Under the pieces are notes generated by a model that did not search any database, was not told where the DNA came from, and saw only the letters and a list, made by a program, of their open reading frames with translations. From NCBI GenBank assembly GCA_016839815.1, contig JAEOTM010000093.1, forward strand, positions 1 to 16,339: a DNA stretch of 16,339 bases. Reading direction: 5' to 3'. Positions 14,513 to 16,339 of this stretch are shown piece by piece (positions within the stretch are counted from its first letter, which is position 1; every line of letters starts with the position of its first letter). The position numbers and the translations under genes were made by a program. Origin of the DNA: Candidatus Hodarchaeota archaeon (GTDB lineage Archaea > Asgardarchaeota > Heimdallarchaeia > Hodarchaeales > Hodarchaeaceae).

Positions 14513-15919
14513 TTATATTGATTCAAATAATTTTTCTATCCCAGGTTCGACTCCCTGTAACAGACTGAATCCAAAACGCGATTCTCGATTTGTAATTTCT
14601 CCTGCAAGGTTTGTTTGTATCAAGATTTTTACTTCTTCCAGACTCTTTGGAGGAAAACCAGTGTGGCCTAATACATAGGCTAATTTCGGATACGCTGCTT
14701 CAGGTAACATATTTCCTCCTTCGATTACGCCTCGAGCAAGCATTTCTCTCCCAGTTTCATATACTCTCAAATGGGCAAACCCATATAGTGGTTGTACAAC
14801 CATCACAATTGGGATGAGCTCCTCTTGTGCACGTTCTAATACTGAATAAAATTCAGAGCTGACATGACCAAGACCTGTGCCAATCATCACTACACCATGA
14901 TAACCTAGATCAATTACCGAATGAAGCATATCAGGATTCATTCCAGGATAAAAGTATAGGATAGCAACTCTTTCATCGATACGAGTGTCCAGTATGAAAT
15001 CTTCAGGATTAGAGCGGCTTTTAACTGGAGAAAAGTAAGAAATTTCTTGAGTCTGCCAATCAATTTTACCTACCGGAGGAACTGATAAACTACGAAAAGT
15101 GTCTCTCCTACTACTATGCATTTTTCTAACACGAGTTGGACGGTGTAAATAATCTGCTTTATGACTAGTTGAACCCATCATAGAGATTAATACCTCTCCT
15201 ATATCAGCATATCCAGCCACAGTTGCTGCATTTAGTAAATTGATTGCCGCATCACTTGATGGACGGTCTGATGACCGCTGAGAACCAAGAATTATGACTG
15301 GTATAGGCAAATTTTGCAGGAAATATGTTAATGCTGATCCAGTATATGCCATTGTATCAGTACCATGGCCGATAATGATCCCATCAGCTCCACTATTGAT
15401 TTCTTTAGCAATCTCTTCAGCAGTCTTTACCCAAAACTCTGGTTTAAAATTCTCTGACAGAATTTCAAATAAGGTACGAGGAGTGAGATTTACACGCGAT
15501 TGTATTTCTGGTACTGCAGCGAATAACTCTTCAGGTGTAAATGCGGGAAGTACTGCTCCTGTTCGATAATCTAACCGACTAGCTACAGTACCTCCAGTAC
15601 CCAAAAGAATAACATCAGGAAGGGTCGCTTTACGTTTTACATTAATGGCAGGTAATTGATAATTTCCTTTGGAGTAACCAAGAACTTGAAATATCGTATT
15701 TTCGGTGATTTCCACCCCAATATTATAACCAGTATCCAATACTCTTAAGGTAACAAAGTTTACTGCTGTAAAAGCAGAACGAGGGAGGAGAATTCCTTGA
15801 AAATGAGCCCCATTTTGTTTTGTAATAACAATTTCAGACCAAACCTTAATTCCATTCCGAGTTAATATTTCGCGTGTTTTGCCTTTATATCCTGGTAAGG
15901 TATCTGTATCACTATTCAT
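14513..15919 (-). CDS. gatD: Glutamyl-tRNA(Gln) amidotransferase subunit D
   Basis: GatD N-terminal barrel (GILLPR...GYNIGV), asparaginase motifs GTGGTVASRLDYRTGAV and HGTDTMAY, GSQRSSDRPSSDA, RKMHSSRRDTFRS, GTGLGHV, VYETGR, MLPEAAY-x-KL, NLAGEI. Confidence 0.97.
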   Translation of the reverse strand: MNSDTDTLPGYKGKTREILTRNGIKVWSEIVITKQNGAHFQGILLPRSAFTAVNFVTLRVLDTGYNIGVEITENTIFQVLGYSKGNYQLPAINVKRKATLPDVILLGTGGTVASRLDYRTGAVLPAFTPEELFAAVPEIQSRVNLTPRTLFEILSENFKPEFWVKTAEEIAKEINSGADGIIIGHGTDTMAYTGSALTYFLQNLPIPVIILGSQRSSDRPSSDAAINLLNAATVAGYADIGEVLISMMGSTSHKADYLHRPTRVRKMHSSRRDTFRSLSVPPVGKIDWQTQEISYFSPVKSRSNPEDFILDTRIDERVAILYFYPGMNPDMLHSVIDLGYHGVVMIGTGLGHVSSEFYSVLERAQEELIPIVMVVQPLYGFAHLRVYETGREMLARGVIEGGNMLPEAAYPKLAYVLGHTGFPPKSLEEVKILIQTNLAGEITNRESRFGFSLLQGVEPGIEKLFESI

Positions 15920-15920
15920 A

Positions 15921-16337
15921 TTACTTTCCTCCTGTTTTTCCTTCTTTAATTAAAGTAGAAAGTATCTGTTCACTGGTTAACATGGGAAAATGTGCTTTAA
16001 GAATTCCAAATAGCTTATCGTACGTAATATCGTTTGCTTGTTTTTCTGAATCTGCAATGACCGCCTTAATTCGTCTTTTCATATTTTCATCAATTTCACT
16101 TTTTTCAACACTTCGAGCTTCCCGATTATAAGTACCTGTCCGACTTATCTCACGAATAATATCCTCTAGATAGTCTTTAGAAAGTTGATTGGTTATCAAA
16201 CCAGTCAATAACTGCTTATAAATTTTTGAATTTGATTCTTTGATTGCATTATGCTTCCTCAAGAAAAATGATACTTTTTGTATTAATCCTAAAGTCTTTC
16301 TACAGAACTCTGGGAATTCTTTTACTATAGACGAAAA
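15921..16337 (-). CDS. gatE: C-terminal helical part of a larger protein, probably GatE (truncated by the window edge)
   Basis: The frame stays open from the TTG at 16262 to the window end (FSSIVKEFPEFCRKTLGLIQKVSFF-LRK...). The helical tail (LSKDYLEDIIREI) resembles the GatE/Yqey-like tail. Its TAA is 1 nt before the gatD ATG with a GGAGG SD inside it. gatD and gatE are commonly adjacent. Identity rests mainly on context. Confidence 0.55.
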   Translation of the reverse strand, partial: FSSIVKEFPEFCRKTLGLIQKVSFFLRKHNAIKESNSKIYKQLLTGLITNQLSKDYLEDIIREISRTGTYNREARSVEKSEIDENMKRRIKAVIADSEKQANDITYDKLFGILKAHFPMLTSEQILSTLIKEGKTGGK

Positions 16338-16339
16338 TT

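Noticed and set aside
14542-14557. CAGGTTCGACTCCCTG resembles a tRNA T-arm (GGTTCGACTCC), suggesting a tRNA or att site
   Set aside because: It lies antisense within gatD codons (QGVEPG). No acceptor stem, D-arm or anticodon arm can be built from the AT-rich flanks, and there is no integrase nearby.
2970-16131. Remaining short ORFs in the track (2970, 6021, 6206, 10283, 10719, 12001, 13276, 13811, 13878, 14324, 14394, 14611, 15294, 15874)
   Set aside because: All overlap well-supported genes in another frame or strand and show no recognisable motifs.
1-16339. CRISPR array, IS element, provirus or rRNA
   Set aside because: No regularly spaced repeats, terminal inverted repeats, transposase, integrase or capsid motifs, or GC-rich structural RNA were seen by eye.

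Overview
AT-rich, densely coding archaeal DNA. gatD is archaea-specific, and the TATA-like promoters and oligo-T tracts fit. An Asgard/Heimdallarchaeia-type origin is inferred from gene content and not proven. Recognisable genes: the 3' end of an acyl-CoA ligase, a group II (SufS-type) cysteine desulfurase, two YycJ/WalJ-like metallo-beta-lactamase-fold hydrolases, an acyl-CoA thioesterase, an orphan N6-adenine methyltransferase fused to a type I specificity (TRD) domain, a stand-alone CheY-like receiver, a GNAT, an amidohydrolase, rubrerythrin, gatD and probably the 3' end of gatE. The most interesting content is four 'hypothetical' ORFs that, by manual motif alignment, look like degenerate members of signalling or information-processing folds: (1) a 399-aa Ras/Arf-like GTPase with substituted G3/G4 motifs and large insertions; (2) a 285-aa protein-kinase-like protein with K->R and N->H changes, divergent from the methyltransferase; (3) a 279-aa TFB/cyclin-like protein lacking the Zn ribbon; (4) a 132-aa Mrr-like PD-(D/E)xK domain lacking its catalytic acids. 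An identical 15-bp intergenic motif occurs beside two putative TATA boxes. No rRNA, tRNA, CRISPR array, transposase or integrase was found. All fold assignments were made by eye and need HMM or structure confirmation.
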